Positions 25,593 through 37,827 of a stretch of DNA of 64,000 nucleotides are shown here, piece after piece (position 1 is the first letter of the stretch; each line of letters opens with the position of its first letter). The position numbers were made by a program, and so were the translations under genes. Source of the DNA: Mobula hypostoma (taxonomy: Eukaryota); assembly GCF_963921235.1 (NCBI RefSeq), contig NC_086097.1, positions 42,162,001 to 42,226,000 on the forward strand, read 5' to 3'. The notes under the pieces are model-generated. The model worked only from the letters and a program-made list of their open reading frames with translations, did no database searches and was not told where the DNA came from.

Positions 25593-26080
25593 GGAATGTG
25601 GAAGAATACGGATTCGAAGGATGATGTGCGGGATGTGTGGTACATGCTGCCTTTCACTAACTTCCCCTTGATTGAGGAAGAGACTTTTGACCCTTCTCCC
25701 ACTGAGTCAGGTGTAGTGGGGAGGGCTAGCTGTGGGCAGCCTGGGTTACAGCAGGACCCAGAAGGAAAAGAAGTGGGGCCCTGGACACGGGATAGGGGGC
25801 TCCGAGTTGCAGTGGAGGCATGAGTGAGAAATTGAGGAGTTGGCAAGCAGACCCGAGGTATCCCCAGTAGTGTCCGAGCCTTAGGGGTTTAGGTGAGAGG
25901 GTACCGGGGTCTCAGAGGATTAGGAAACTCCCAGATAGGTTGGCCTATGTAGCACCCGTGGGACCGGGCATAAGGTCCACTGTTTAGGGAGCGATGTCAC
26001 TGTGTGTACCTGGATTGGGTTTTTGTGTCTGCAGGAATGGTTGGAGAGTTATTTAGAAGTCATGAGGACATGACTTTATT

Positions 26081-26094
26081 TGGTGGGGGGAGAG
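26081..26094 (+). promoter_or_regulatory. Polypurine tract
   Basis: tggtggggggagag immediately before the 3' LTR TG. Confidence 0.8.
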
Positions 26095-26781
26095 TGTAAG
26101 GGGTTTCTTCTTTTATGTTACTGCGTAGGCTAATTAAAATGGCTTCTTTGTTATGTTAACTGCTGAGAAAGTTCTCTCGCTAGCAGCCTGTTTGGGTTAT
26201 ATTATTGATAAGAGAGAGAATGAACCAAGTGGGATAGATGTTATTCTTTCTTGTGTGTCTGTAAGCTATTGTGATGCGCGGGTTTTTGAGCAGAAGGCGC
26301 GATGGGGAGAGAGAGAGTGGACGCGATGCGGTGAGCTGGCCGACAGGAAGGACCCCGAGCCGGAGTCTGAGGTCCAGGGTCTTCGGCGAGGTGAGGAGAC
26401 GAAGACAGACTCGTGTGGAGCATCTGGTCGACCACCGTGGTTGATCCCAGGAGGCGGGTCGAGGTGGTCAGAGGGAATCGAATGGTGAAAAGAGGATCAT
26501 TACTAGAGCTCCAACTATTGTGCACGAAGAGGTTGAACTTTGATAAGTTTGGCCCCTTTTACTTTCCTTTTATATTTTATCTCTATTAATTACATAGTTC
26601 CAGAAATATCTATAAATTGTAATCATTTACTCATATATGGTGTATAGTCTGTTATTTGGCCGGGTGGGGTACATCACACAGCATCCACACAAACTTAATT
26701 ACCCAGTTTGGAGGGCCCAAAGGCTGCTTCCCCTAGACAACAGTGAGTTGAATGAGCCTGAGGCTTACCAGGGGGGCTACA
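26095..26781 (+). repeat. 3' LTR
   Basis: tgtaag...ggctaca followed by TSD caga. Confidence 0.95.
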
Positions 26782-28589
26782 CAGAGAATTTGAGATATTC
26801 AACCTTCTGCATAAATACATTCTACAAACATGCATGTAAAGCAGTTTATCCTCATCTCAGTCCTAAATGGTTGACATGATCCTAAAACTTTGTCCCCTGG
26901 TTGTAGACTTTCCAGTTAATGGAAGCATCAAATTGGCAACCACCTTGTTAATCTATCTCAAAACTCTGCATTGATCATTGCTCATTCTTCTGAACTCTAG
27001 TGAGTAGTGGCCAGTCCTATACAATTTCTTTTCATTAGGCAATCCCCCAGTGGATAAAGCGGTAGTTAACTATCCAAGCTTACAAGTGGCACTAAGTTAG
27101 GAAGCATAATAAATTGCAGATCCAAAACTTTAGCTTGGCTAACATAGATTGTCATTTGCATTCCAAGACACGGAAATCTTTCCTTGAACTTTCCTATTCA
27201 TTTCCCTTTCTGACTTTAGACACAATCCCTAAAATTTGCCTCCACCTCCTGAAGTCCTCTTTAATTTTGCATCAATTTTTGTTTAATGAAAACTTAGCAT
27301 GTTTTATTGGTTTAAAGGTACTTGGGAAAAGCAAACTACTATTAGAATGGAGTTCACATAGGAGCATTCAAGATATTAGGTCACAGAACAGCAGTTATCT
27401 GCTATATCCATGCTGCTTCTTGGAATAGTTCTCCTTTTTTGTTTTTCCTTACAGTTTTATTAATTTACATGCCAATTTGCATTTTTCTCGTTTCCATGAT
27501 GAGTCAGTGCTGTTTAATGTAATTAATGTCCATTGAATAAATTGTTCAAATCATTGTGTTCTTAAAAATATGAGTACTTGCAGCTTTTCAATGGTTTGGA
27601 AATATCAGATGCATTTTAAAATATTGACCATTCCTATATTTTTAAATTAAAATGTTTTGGATATGATGCAACAAAATATTTAAATTAACATTGTTCCATT
27701 TAAAGCATTTATTTCAAAGACGATCAGCTCAATAAGAATCATTATCGCTGTGTTTACTCCTAAACCATATCAAGTAACCTGTCAGAGAAGTCTTTGTGTG
27801 ACTTGTTAAATATTGATCGGTTTAAAGTAGAGCTATTGATTAGTTTTGGTGGATTACACAGAATAAATAAACTAAGGCAATGGTTTTGCTTCTTCTAGTA
27901 GTTCAGTGCAAGCTCGCCACAAGCAGTAGCAACAGACAGACCAGCTTTCAGTTCCACAAGCCATTCTCTGTGGAGGTAACTGACATGGTGGAGACCAGTT
28001 CCCTCCATTGCCTTTGGTTCAGGGAATGTTGTGGAGATTCCAGTAGCAAATCAGAAAACTCTCTGCTCAGATGAGCACAGGATTATTACTGCTGCTAGTG
28101 CCACCTGACGACAATTACAGGTAGAAATTTGTCCTCCAACACTTGAAGGTAGCACATAATATCCCAACAAGTGACGGGCAGCTACTGCTGACACTTGCCT
28201 TCTTTTCACATCCAAAGATTCATACTGGAAGAGATGGTCATTGACTGCCCATATGCCAGTCCCACATGTCTACTAGTTCCTCTCTGCCCCACAACGTATC
28301 CTCCAACCTTTGCTTTGGTGGATGACTACCTTTTTATCATTTCACTTTGCCAATACTAGTATTTTCTTCAGAATCCAGCATTCACATGAGGGTTGATTGG
28401 TAATGAGTTGAGCAGAAGGGTGGAAGGTAGCCAGGTGGGATATTTTGGGATGTGTGGTAGAGAACTATAAGGCTTGTAATCAGAGGAGACTCATCTTGTG
28501 AAAGAAAACAAACAAAAATCATGTGCTTCATAACGTGTCCCTCGAATGTTTGCAACCCTAATCAAAGAGAAGGTTAGAAATTTACAGCA

Positions 28590-30180
28590 GAGAAACAAGC
28601 ACCTTGGCCTACCATATCTGTGCTGACCATCAAGCACCCTTTTACGGAGAACATAAAACCTAGCACAGTATGGCACTGAACAAGCCATTTAACTCATGAT
28701 GGTGTGCCAATCTTGAAGCCAGTTTATAGTAAAAGTCTTCTTCCTGAGTATCATCCATTCAACACGTTCCCTTTGTGTGTTTATCTAAAAGTTGCTTAAA
28801 CCTACATCTCTTTGCATAGAAAACGTGCCCCTCATTTTACCCTTATGCATCCCCTCTCTAACCATAAAAGTTTGTCCTCTAGCGTAGATTCTGACTGTTT
28901 ACCTATCAATGATCCTTATGATTTTAAGAACCTCTACTAGGTCCAACCCTCCAACCCTCCAACGCTTAAGCAAGAATCAGCCAAGGTTGTCCAACCTTCC
29001 CTTATAGCTTATACATTCTAATCTAGACAGGTTTCTGGTAAACCTCATCTGCACACTCCACAGTTTCCACATCCATAGGGTGACCAGGACTGCCTGCAAT
29101 AGTCTAAGAGCAGTCTGACTGAAGTTTTATATAGCTGTCGCATGACATTCCTACTCTTATAGTCAATTAGTCAATACCCTTACCAATGAAGACAGGCATG
29201 CCATACACCTTCTTTACCACCTTATCCACATGTGTAGGCAATTTCAGTGTACCATGGACCTGGACCTCAAAGTTCCTCTATACCCCAATGCTATTAAGGG
29301 GTCTACCATTATCTGCATACTTTCTCTTTTCATATAACCTCCCAAAGTGCAACACCTCACACATGCCCAGATCAAACTCCATCTACTCATATCTATATCC
29401 TGCTGTGTTCTTTGATAGTCTTTTACATTGCCCACAACTTCACCAATCTTGGTGTCACCTACAAACTTGCTAATCCACCCATCTACATCTTCATCCAAAT
29501 TATTGGTGTACATCCCAAACAACAGAGCTCTCAACATTGATCCTTGCAGAATACCACTGGTCACAAACCTCCAGCCAGTACTTCAGCTGCTTCTTCTGGG
29601 TCAAAGTACAAATTCCCTCCTTTTTCCTTGAAAGGACATCCCATACCCTGGGTTAAACCCCTTTTCTTAATATAAGTATAAAATGCCCTGGGATTCTCCT
29701 TGATCCTGCTTACCAAGGACATTTCATTTTTTGACCTTCCGAGTTGTGTGATGGAGCACTTTCCTGCTATCTTTATATTCTCACAGGGATGTATGATTTT
29801 AGCTTTCTAGCCCTAATGTATGCCTTTTTTAACTTCCTGATTAAATTTAGGACTTCTCGTGTCTTCCAAACTTCCTTACCTTACTATCATTGTCCTTACT
29901 CTTACCAGAACAGGCCAAACCTAAACTGGGATCAGGCAGGCTTTAAACAATTCCCACATATCAGGCATCGCTTGTCTGACAGTAGCTGCTCTCAATCAAT
30001 GCCTCTTAACTCTGTCCTATTATGTCGAAATTTGCCCTCCCCCCAATTTAAATATCCTCCCACAAGATCTTTTATTTTTAATCCTTAATGATCTTAGCAT
30101 AATTAGTTGTCATCACTGTTGACAGAATTTTCACCCACTGTTTGGTTGGCTACCAGGTCTGGCTCATTTCTCAAAGTCAG
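28590..30180 (-). mobile_element. Old CR1 LINE fragments
   Basis: SGILQGSMLRALLFGMYTNNLDEDVDGWISKFVGDTKIG (29244-29564), with tail-like sequence near 28650. Confidence 0.75.
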
Positions 30181-30214
30181 GTCTCAAATCCAGAATGTTT
30201 TACAATCAAAAGAC

Positions 30215-31430
30215 CCTACTGAACATTATGAACATAAAGTACTGCAGGCCTACCCCATCAGTGAGTTGCTCGTTGGCAGAGAAAGTGAAGGAGGTGGGCT
30301 TGGTGTGGACCGTGAAGCTGCCTGTGACAGAGAGGCGTTGTTGTGTGAAGGAGGTGTACAGTCTAACAGCAACAGATCATCTCAGTCACTTTTCTTTGAT
30401 CACAAGACCCTGTTGAACATTAGTGCTGTGGAATTTTACAAGTCCAATTCATCGGTTTACTGGAAAACGGTGGGGGTAGATGGTAGGGGAGCTGTGTGGA
30501 CTCAGTCTAAACCTCAAACTGCGGTGCTACCTGTTTGCTGCCACCCAGGGGAAGGCATCGAAGTCGGGCGCTCCTCCAGTGTGCCAGAGACAGTGTGGCC
30601 TGGTGTCCGTGCTGGAGCCCGTGCTGCCTGTCAGTGTTCACTCAGCAGAAGGCAAGCTGGATTGAGATCAACTTTAGACTGCTGCAAAATTCAGGGACTC
30701 AGGGACTTGAACTGTATTTTACTGCTATCCTAAATCGTGTTGGTTGTTCATCATTTCTGACAATGACATGATCTGTGAGGGAGGAGTTTTAAGGTGAAAA
30801 GCCGTGGCGCTGAGGCAGTTCCACTCTCTCTGCCTCAGAAATCTTGCTCCAATGGTACAAAAAAATTATCACAACTGGAGACTTCCTCAGCTGTAGTGGA
30901 TAAACATGATGCCTCCTGTGTCTTGTCACGCCCTTTGCTCTCCAGGAACGGTTGCCTTCTTGGCCGTTGGATCTTGTAGCTGACCTCATCCGCCCGGTCC
31001 GCTGGATTTGGCTTTGCACACTGGGGACGCATATCCCTATCTCACCGAGGTTGGAGGTTCCCGGCTAGCCTGTCGTGGTTTAGTCTGTCTGTCGAAGCAG
31101 TGTTGAGGGAGTGGCCACTGTCGCATACAAACTGTTACTTGGAGCCACAGGTGAGAGCTGGGTGGCAGGTGGGGACCAAAGGTGGATGACCTGCTCCTGG
31201 GCAGAGCACAACAAGCCCGGCACTAGAGGTGCTACCCCTCCCTGCGCACCCGATGCATTGCACTGCTATCTTATATGTGCTTACTACATTATATGTGCTA
31301 TACGTTTTGTGCTGTGTATGACTGTTGGGTACGTGCTTCGCACCTTGGCCCTGGAATAACACTGTTTCATTTGGCTGTAGTCATGGGTATTCATGTATGA
31401 TTGAATAATAATTAGACTCGAACTTGAACT
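30215..31430. repeat. Unclassified composite repeat ending in a Rex-like (aacttg)n tail
   Basis: GC-richer than flanks; tail ctcgaacttgaactt; no recognisable protein motif. Confidence 0.4.
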
Positions 31431-31589
31431 TTGCTGCTCTCCATAAACTGTTTGAAGATCTCATCTTAGATTTACATAGATTTTGTTTTATACTTTTCAC
31501 TTTCCCATCAACTCACTTCAATCCCATTCCTCCTCTTATTTCTCTGTACTCATGAAATTCATTCTCTCACGCACCCAGTTCTTTGCAAC

Positions 31590-31790
31590 TATCCGAATCA
31601 TAGTGGCCAGTTAACTGATAAACTCACACATTTTTTGGATTTGTGAGGAAATCAGAGCCACCAGAGGAACCCCAGGCAGTCACAGAGAATATTCTATGTA
31701 GATAATGTCAGAAATGGAGAACGTAGCCATGGGTCAGCAGGTCTATGATTCAGCAGGTCTTTGAGACAGCAAGTCAATCAGCTTTGCCAC
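31590..31790 (-). mobile_element. Decayed V-SINE (HE1-like)
   Basis: ttttggatttgtgaggaaatcagagccaccagaggaaccccaggcagtcacag resembles the V-domain. Confidence 0.55.
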
Positions 31791-31924
31791 TGCAACATCC
31801 TTTAAGGCTTGGTCTGAACTAGAAATCAACTTCTGTAAAACCAGTTAGCCCACAAACAATCTGAATATAAAGAGAAAAGATGTGTGGAAGCCACTGTTTC
31901 TTTAATAACACTTTTATAAGATTT

Positions 31925-32548
31925 GTACTTCGCTTTGCTGAATATCTACACTCTGTCCGCCAGAGAAAGCAGGATCTCCCAGTGGCCACACATTTTAATT
32001 CCACATCCCATTCCCATTCTGACATGTCTACCCATGGCCTCCTCTACTGTAAAGATGAAGCCACACTCAGGCTGGAGGAACAACACCCTATATTCCGTCT
32101 GGGTAGCCTCCAACCTGATAGCATGAACATTGACTTCTCTAACTTCCGCTAAGGCCCCACCTCCCCCTCGTACCCCATCTGTTACTTATTTTTATGCACA
32201 CATTCTTTCTCTCACTCTCCTTTTTCTCCCTCTGTCCCTCTGAATATACCTCTTGCCCATCCTCTGGGTCACCCCCCCCTCCTTGTCTTTCTTCCCGGAC
32301 CTCCTGTCCCATGATCCTCTCGTATCCCCTTCTGCCTATCACCTGTCCAGCTCTCGGCTCTATCCCTCCCCCTCCTGTCTTCTCCTATCATTTTGCATCT
32401 CCCCCTCCCCCTCCAGCTTTCAAATCCCTTACTCACTCTTCCTTCAGTTAGTCCTGACGAAGGGTCTCGGCCTGAAACGTCGACTGCACCTCTTCCTACA
32501 GATGCTGCTTGGCCTGCTGCATTCACCAGCAACTTTGATGTATGTTGT
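31925..32548 (+). mobile_element. Penelope-like element 3' end (GIY-YIG C-terminus plus terminal repeat)
   Basis: RFAEYLHSVRQRKQDLPVATHFNS..RLEEQHPIFRLGSLQPDSMNIDFSNFR*. Confidence 0.88.
32450..32486 (+). ncRNA. Minimal type I hammerhead ribozyme motif (PLE-associated)
   Basis: agtc-CTGACGA-agg(gtctcgg)cct-GAAAC-GTC-gact: stem I, conserved core, stem II, GUC cleavage triplet. Confidence 0.75.
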
Positions 32549-32954
32549 TCCTGTATCTTTCACACTCACTGGCAGAAAGTGGTATAGCAGCTAAACTAAC
32601 AATTTACCATCTTTCTCATTTTTCATTGGCACATTACCCATGTGATGTCATTGCTTGAATTATGTAGCCTATTAACTAATTCAATCCTATCAAAGGAATT
32701 TCTTTATCTTATCTATAAAAGTGATAGGTTTTTCAGAAGTGCCATCTTTATTCTCCAGTTTTAACATTAATTCCCCTCTGAGCATCATTTCTCAGCACTT
32801 TATGTTTGTTTGTACTCTAAAATAAACTGAAATCTTGGAATTAAGACTGCTTGCCATTTTTGACTCCTGGAAGAACCCTAAGGATCGGAAAGTAAACAGA
32901 GATCCATTAGATGTTTAGACAGCACTTCATCATTAGGCAGTAAAATGCTGATCT

Positions 32955-33209
32955 TATGGCAGCTCGCCCACGCAGCAAGTCAACCGGCTCCAGCAGTCGC
33001 CGGTGAACCCGCAGCCAGTGGCAACCGAGAGGAATCTGAGTGTGGGGCAGACCTCGGCCTGGAGGCCAACATTGCTTCCGCCCCACAGAGAGCAGAGGTT
33101 GCTGGGAGCGGGTACTTAAGTACGCGCCGATTCAAACAGTAAACGATTCAACCAGACCCTGCTCAACTCAGTGTGTTGTTTTCACTCGTAGCATATCAGC
33201 GCAACTACA
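32955..33209 (+). repeat. 5' LTR
   Basis: tatggcagc...actaca; repeat of 36981-37235. Confidence 0.95.
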
Positions 33210-33210
33210 T

Positions 33211-33224
33211 TGGTGACCCCGACG
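33211..33224 (+). promoter_or_regulatory. Primer binding site, tRNA-Trp
   Basis: TGGTGACCCCGACG matches the first 14 nt of the tRNA-Trp PBS. Confidence 0.88.
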
Positions 33225-33247
33225 GTCCAACGACATTTGGACCCAAC

Positions 33248-33954
33248 ATGAACGACTCGGCTCTGCAGAATACAGTTTCCCTTAAACTGCCAACCTTCTG
33301 GACCACTCAACCCCTGGTCTGGTTTGAGCAAGCGGAGGCCCAGTACCAGGTCAGGCAAATTGTCGCAGACACCACCAAGTATTACTACATGGTGGGCGCC
33401 CTCGACCAGGAGACAGTGAGTCGCGTTATCGACTTTCTGCATCAGCTCCCGGCAACAGACAGATACGAGGCACTCAAGGCCCTGCTAATCCGCACATTTG
33501 GCCTCTCCCACCGTGAACAGGCCGCGCGGTTACTGCATATGGACGGCCTGGGCGACCGCGCACCATCAGCCCTGATTTGCAACATGCTAGCACTGGCTGA
33601 TGGCCATAAGCCTTGCCTGCTGTTTGAACAGATCTTCTTGGAGCAAATGCCAAAGGACATCCACCTCCTGCTAGCAGATGAAGACTTCAGAGACCCGCGC
33701 GGGGTGACTGCCCGCACGGACGTGCTTTGGCGCGCCAAACAAATGGGCCAAACCACCATCGGAATTAGTGCTGCAGCACGGCCGAAAGCCCAGCCCTCCC
33801 ACACCCCAGCAGCGGAGCACCTTTACACCCACACCAAGGGACGGCACCACTTCTGAGTCTTGGTGGTTTTATCATCAAGGGTGGGGTTCCGGGGACCGCT
33901 GCTGCTGATCGCCATGCTCGTTTCAGGGAAAACGCCAGGACCAGCCGTAACTGA
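33248..33954 (+). pseudogene. gag with degenerate CHCC motif
   Basis: MNDSALQNTVSLKLPTFWTTQP..TKYYYMVGALD; W(C)FYHQ.WG...C..PCSFQ at ~33862-33930. Confidence 0.85.
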
Positions 33955-36900
33955 TGGATACGGCGGCTGGTCAAAGTGATAGCCTCCTCTATGTTTGGGA
34001 CAAGCTCTCCGGGAGAAGATTCCTGGTGGAGATGGGGGCGGAAATCAGTATCCTACCCCCCTCGAGCCATGATACCCGAACTAGAGGAACAGGACCAGAA
34101 CTTACGGCAGCCAACAGCAGCACCACCCACATCTACAGCACAAGAACCATCCCCTTGCAGTTCGGTTCCCGCCGCTTTACATGGACATTTACGCTGGCTG
34201 CAGTGTCACAGCCACTGCTAGGTGCGGACTTCCTCCGCGCACACTGCCTGCTTATGGATTTGAAGGGACGACAATTGGTCGATGCAAAGACGTTCCAGAC
34301 TTTCTCCCTTGCCGAGGCCAGGTTACCGGCCCCGCGCCTGGACTCTGTCACTCATTCCGACAACGAGTTCGCCAGTGTTATCGGAGTTCCCATCTATCAT
34401 CGCGTCGCAGTTTTCCTCAACAAACCCCAAGCACAGCGTGATGCACCACATCCCCACACAGGGACATCCCCTTCATGCCGGGCCCGCAGGCTACCGCCCA
34501 ACAAACTCCGCCTCACGAAGGAGGAATTCATGAAGATGGAGGAGATGGGGATTGTGCTGCATTCCGACAGTCCGTGGGCCTCCCCACTCCATTTGGTGCC
34601 CAAGTCCACGGGAGGGTGGAGACCGTGCGGCGACTATCGGAGGCTGAACAACGCCACCACGTCCGATCGCTATCTGGTACTGCACATCCAGGACTTTACG
34701 GCCAACCTGCATGGGGTACACATCTTTTCGAAGATTGACCGGTCCAAGGGTATCATCAGATCCCAGTCCACCCGGATGATGTATCCAAGACGGCCCTCAT
34801 TACCCCTTTTCGCCTGTTCAAGTTCCTCAGGATGCCGTTCAGGCTCAAAAACGCGGCGCAGACTTTCCAGCGCTTGATGGACGCAGTAGGGTGAGGTCTG
34901 GACTTTCTGTTCATCTATCTGGATGACAAACTTATCGCCAGCCGCTCCCACCAGGAACATTTAGCACATCTACGCCTGCTCTGCCGCCACCTAAGTGACT
35001 ACGGCCTGGTTATCAACCCCGCCAAGTGCCAGTTCGGCCTACCCGCCATCGACTCCTTGGGACACCGGATCGACCACCATGGAGCTGTCCTCTGCCGGAG
35101 AAAGTTGAGGCCATCCGCCAATTCACCAGGCCCAGCGCTGTTAAAGGCCTGCAGGAGTTTGCTGGGATGGCTAACTTTTACCACCGTTTCCTGCCCTCAG
35201 CGGCCTGGATCATGCGGCCCCTTTTTGACTTGATGTCCGGCAAGGTCAAAGAGATCACCTGGACAGAGGAGGCGAAGGCGGCTTTCGAATAAGCCAAGAA
35301 CGCGCCAGCAAACGCCATGCTCCTAGTCCACCCCCGGGTCGACGTCCCCACTGCCCTCACTGTGGATGCCTCCAATGTGGCAGTTGACGGTGTGCTCGAG
35401 CAGCTCATCGAAGGCCAGTGGAAGCCGCTCGCGTTTTTCAGCTGGCATCTACGATTCCCGGAACTTAAGTACAGCGCTTTCGACAGGGAGCTGCTGGCCC
35501 TGTACCTTGCCATCCGGCACTTCAGGTATTTCCTGGAGGGGAGCGAGTTCACGGTCTTCACAGACCACAAGCCCCTCACTTTCGCGTTTACCGAAGTGTC
35601 GGACCCGTGGTCGGGCCGCCAACAACGCCATCTGTCGTACATCTCGGAGTTTACCACCACGATCAAGCACATCTCCAGAAGGAACAACGTGGTGGCAGAC
35701 GCACTGTCACGAACCTCCATCCAATCAGTGTACTCTCTGTCTCCGGGGGTGGATTATGCAGCATGAGCTGAGGCGCAATGGCTGGATGGAGAGATGTCGG
35801 TGTACCGAACCACAGTCTCAGGACTCCGCCTCGAAGATATACCCACTGGGCTTGAAGGTAAGAAGCTCCTTTGCGATGTGTCCACCGGGAAACCTTGGCC
35901 CATTCTCCCGACCGCGTGGAGGCACCGCGTTTTTGACACCTTGCACGGTTTAGCCCACCCTTCCATCCGGGCCACCATCCGGCTGATCGCAGACAGGTTT
36001 GTGTGGCACGGCCTACGCAAGGAGGTCAGGCACTGGACCAGGACATGCACGCACTGTCAAACATCCAAAATCCAGAGGTACGTGAGGGCCCCACTGCAAC
36101 CCTTCCAGCCGACACATAGGAGGTTTGAACATGTCCACATGGATATCGTCGGCCCACTGCCGGTTTCGAGAGGAGCGAGATACCTGTTCACCATGGTGAA
36201 CAGGTTCACGAGGTGGCCGGCAGCTGTCCCACTCGCTGACACGGCCACGGAGACATGCGCCAGAGCCCTGATTACCACCTGGGTGGCACGGTTCGGACTC
36301 CCAGCCCACGTCACTTCAGACACGGGTGTGCAGTTCACATCGGCTTTGTGGTCTGCACTGGCACAACTGCTCGGAACCCAGCTCCACCGAGCGACTGCTT
36401 ACCACCCACAGTCTAAGGCACTTGAAGTCGGCCCTGATGGCACACCTCCGAGGGCCAGACTGGGTGCTGCTTGGCATCCGCACGGCACCCAAGGAGGACC
36501 TGGCAGCATCATCGGTCGAACTGGTTTACGGTGCCCCATTCACAGTTCCCGGTGAGTTTGTGCCTGCATCCCGTGGCCGGGAGGACACACCTGCTGGGGT
36601 CCTAACTAAACCCCGGGAGCGGCTTGGAACACTTGTTCCAGTCCGGACGTCCCATCATGGAACAACACCCTCTTTCATGCCCAGGGACCTACAACAGAGC
36701 AAGTATGTTTTCATTCGCCGAAGCGGGCACAGACCACCCCTGCAGCGACCATACGAGGGACCCTACAAGGTGGTGCGCCATAATGGAGCGATTGTGTTCT
36801 CCACATCGGCGGTCGGGACGAGACTTTTACCATTGACCATCTCAAACCGGCGCATCTGGACCTTGAATGCCCGGTTGCGGTACCACCCCCATGACGTCGA

Positions 36901-36960
36901 GGCCGGCCACCTAAAAGAACTGAGAGTGTGCAGGCTGCGGACTCTGCACCTCCTATCGCC
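33954..36960 (+). pseudogene. pol (protease, RT, RNase H, integrase), disrupted
   Basis: FLVEMGAEIS (DTG mutated), WRPCGDYRRLN, FIYLDD, YSAFDRELLA..TDHKPL, HHCC, HMDIVGPLP, SDTGVQFTS, RPYEGPYKV; deletion after YHPQS removes the catalytic E. Confidence 0.92.
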
Positions 36961-36980
36961 AGTTCTGAGGGGGGGGGTCA

Positions 36981-37235
36981 TGTGGCAGCTCGCCCACTCA
37001 GCAAGCGAACCGGCTCCAGCAGTCGCCGGCGAACCCGCAGCCAGCGGCAACCGATAGGAATCTGAGTGTGGGGCAGACCTCGGCCCGGAGGCCGACGTCG
37101 CTTCCGCCCCGCAGAGAGCGGGGGTTGCTGGGAGCGGGTACTTAAGCACGTCCCGATTCAAACAGTAAACGGTTCAACCAGACCCTGCTCGACTCAGTGT
37201 CTTGCTTTCACTCGCAGCATATCAGCATGACTACA
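36981..37235 (+). repeat. 3' LTR
   Basis: tgtggcagc...actaca after PPT gaggggggggg. Confidence 0.95.
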
Positions 37236-37827
37236 ACCTTGCCAGTGGCAATATTTTCTCAGTAATGTATGAAGAAAGATACAATATGTTGCTGATGCAT
37301 ATTTTTTCTACCAGTCTGTAAAACATATCAAAGATGTGCTGTTTTATCTTTGTTATTTTTCTACCTATTTTCAGAGCTGAATAATATTCAGCAATTGCAC
37401 CGAGTGCATTAGCATACAAAGTGACATGTTACTGTATTATAAACAATGGAGCTCAAAACTTGGGATTTTAGATCAGGCCTTTTTTCTTGAAGGAAAATCA
37501 AACACTGTTGGTACTGGAAATCTGAAAGAAAAAACATAAACACTAGAAACACTCTGATCGCCCAGCCATTGTAGAAAAAGACAAAGGGTTAACTTGTCAG
37601 GTTGAAACTCCTTTGTCAGAAAGGAGAAAGAGTAAATAAGTTACTTGTAAATTAAAGTGGTCAGGGTTCCTATCAGAACTTGTAGAGGTTATCTGATTGA
37701 TGGGTCAATTGCGGCATTTAGAAAAGAGAGGTGGATGACTGATTTGAACTGAAAACTAGGTAGATGCTTATTCTCTTCATATGATATATCCTTTGGTTTA
37801 AAGATGTCTGTCATTACATATTGGAGT

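Larger units (their letters stand above)
23053..26781 (+). mobile_element. Non-autonomous Gypsy LTR retrotransposon with PNMA-like gag, carrying captured myosin heavy chain fragments
   Basis: Two ~686-bp LTRs, CAGA TSD (23049-23052 and 26782-26785), tRNA-Pro PBS, PPT, gag/protease/partial RT remnants, no RNase H or integrase core. Confidence 0.93.
32955..37235 (+). mobile_element. Full-length but frameshifted Gypsy LTR retrotransposon, CsRn1-like clade
   Basis: 255-bp LTRs, tRNA-Trp PBS, gag LKLPTFW..WFEQAEAQ, PR-RT-RH-IN order, G-run PPT, TSD atct/acct. Confidence 0.93.

Noticed and set aside
25068..25823. Exon of a genuine host myosin gene
   Set aside because: Fused to RT, discontinuous, no splice sites, enclosed by LTRs with TSD, and no other myosin exons in the window
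24590..25846. Long minus-strand ORFs (251 and 162 aa)
   Set aside because: Antisense shadows of the pol-myosin frame, no motifs
30107..30733. 208-aa ORF
   Set aside because: Spans a CR1 remnant and repeat-like sequence; no motif recognised
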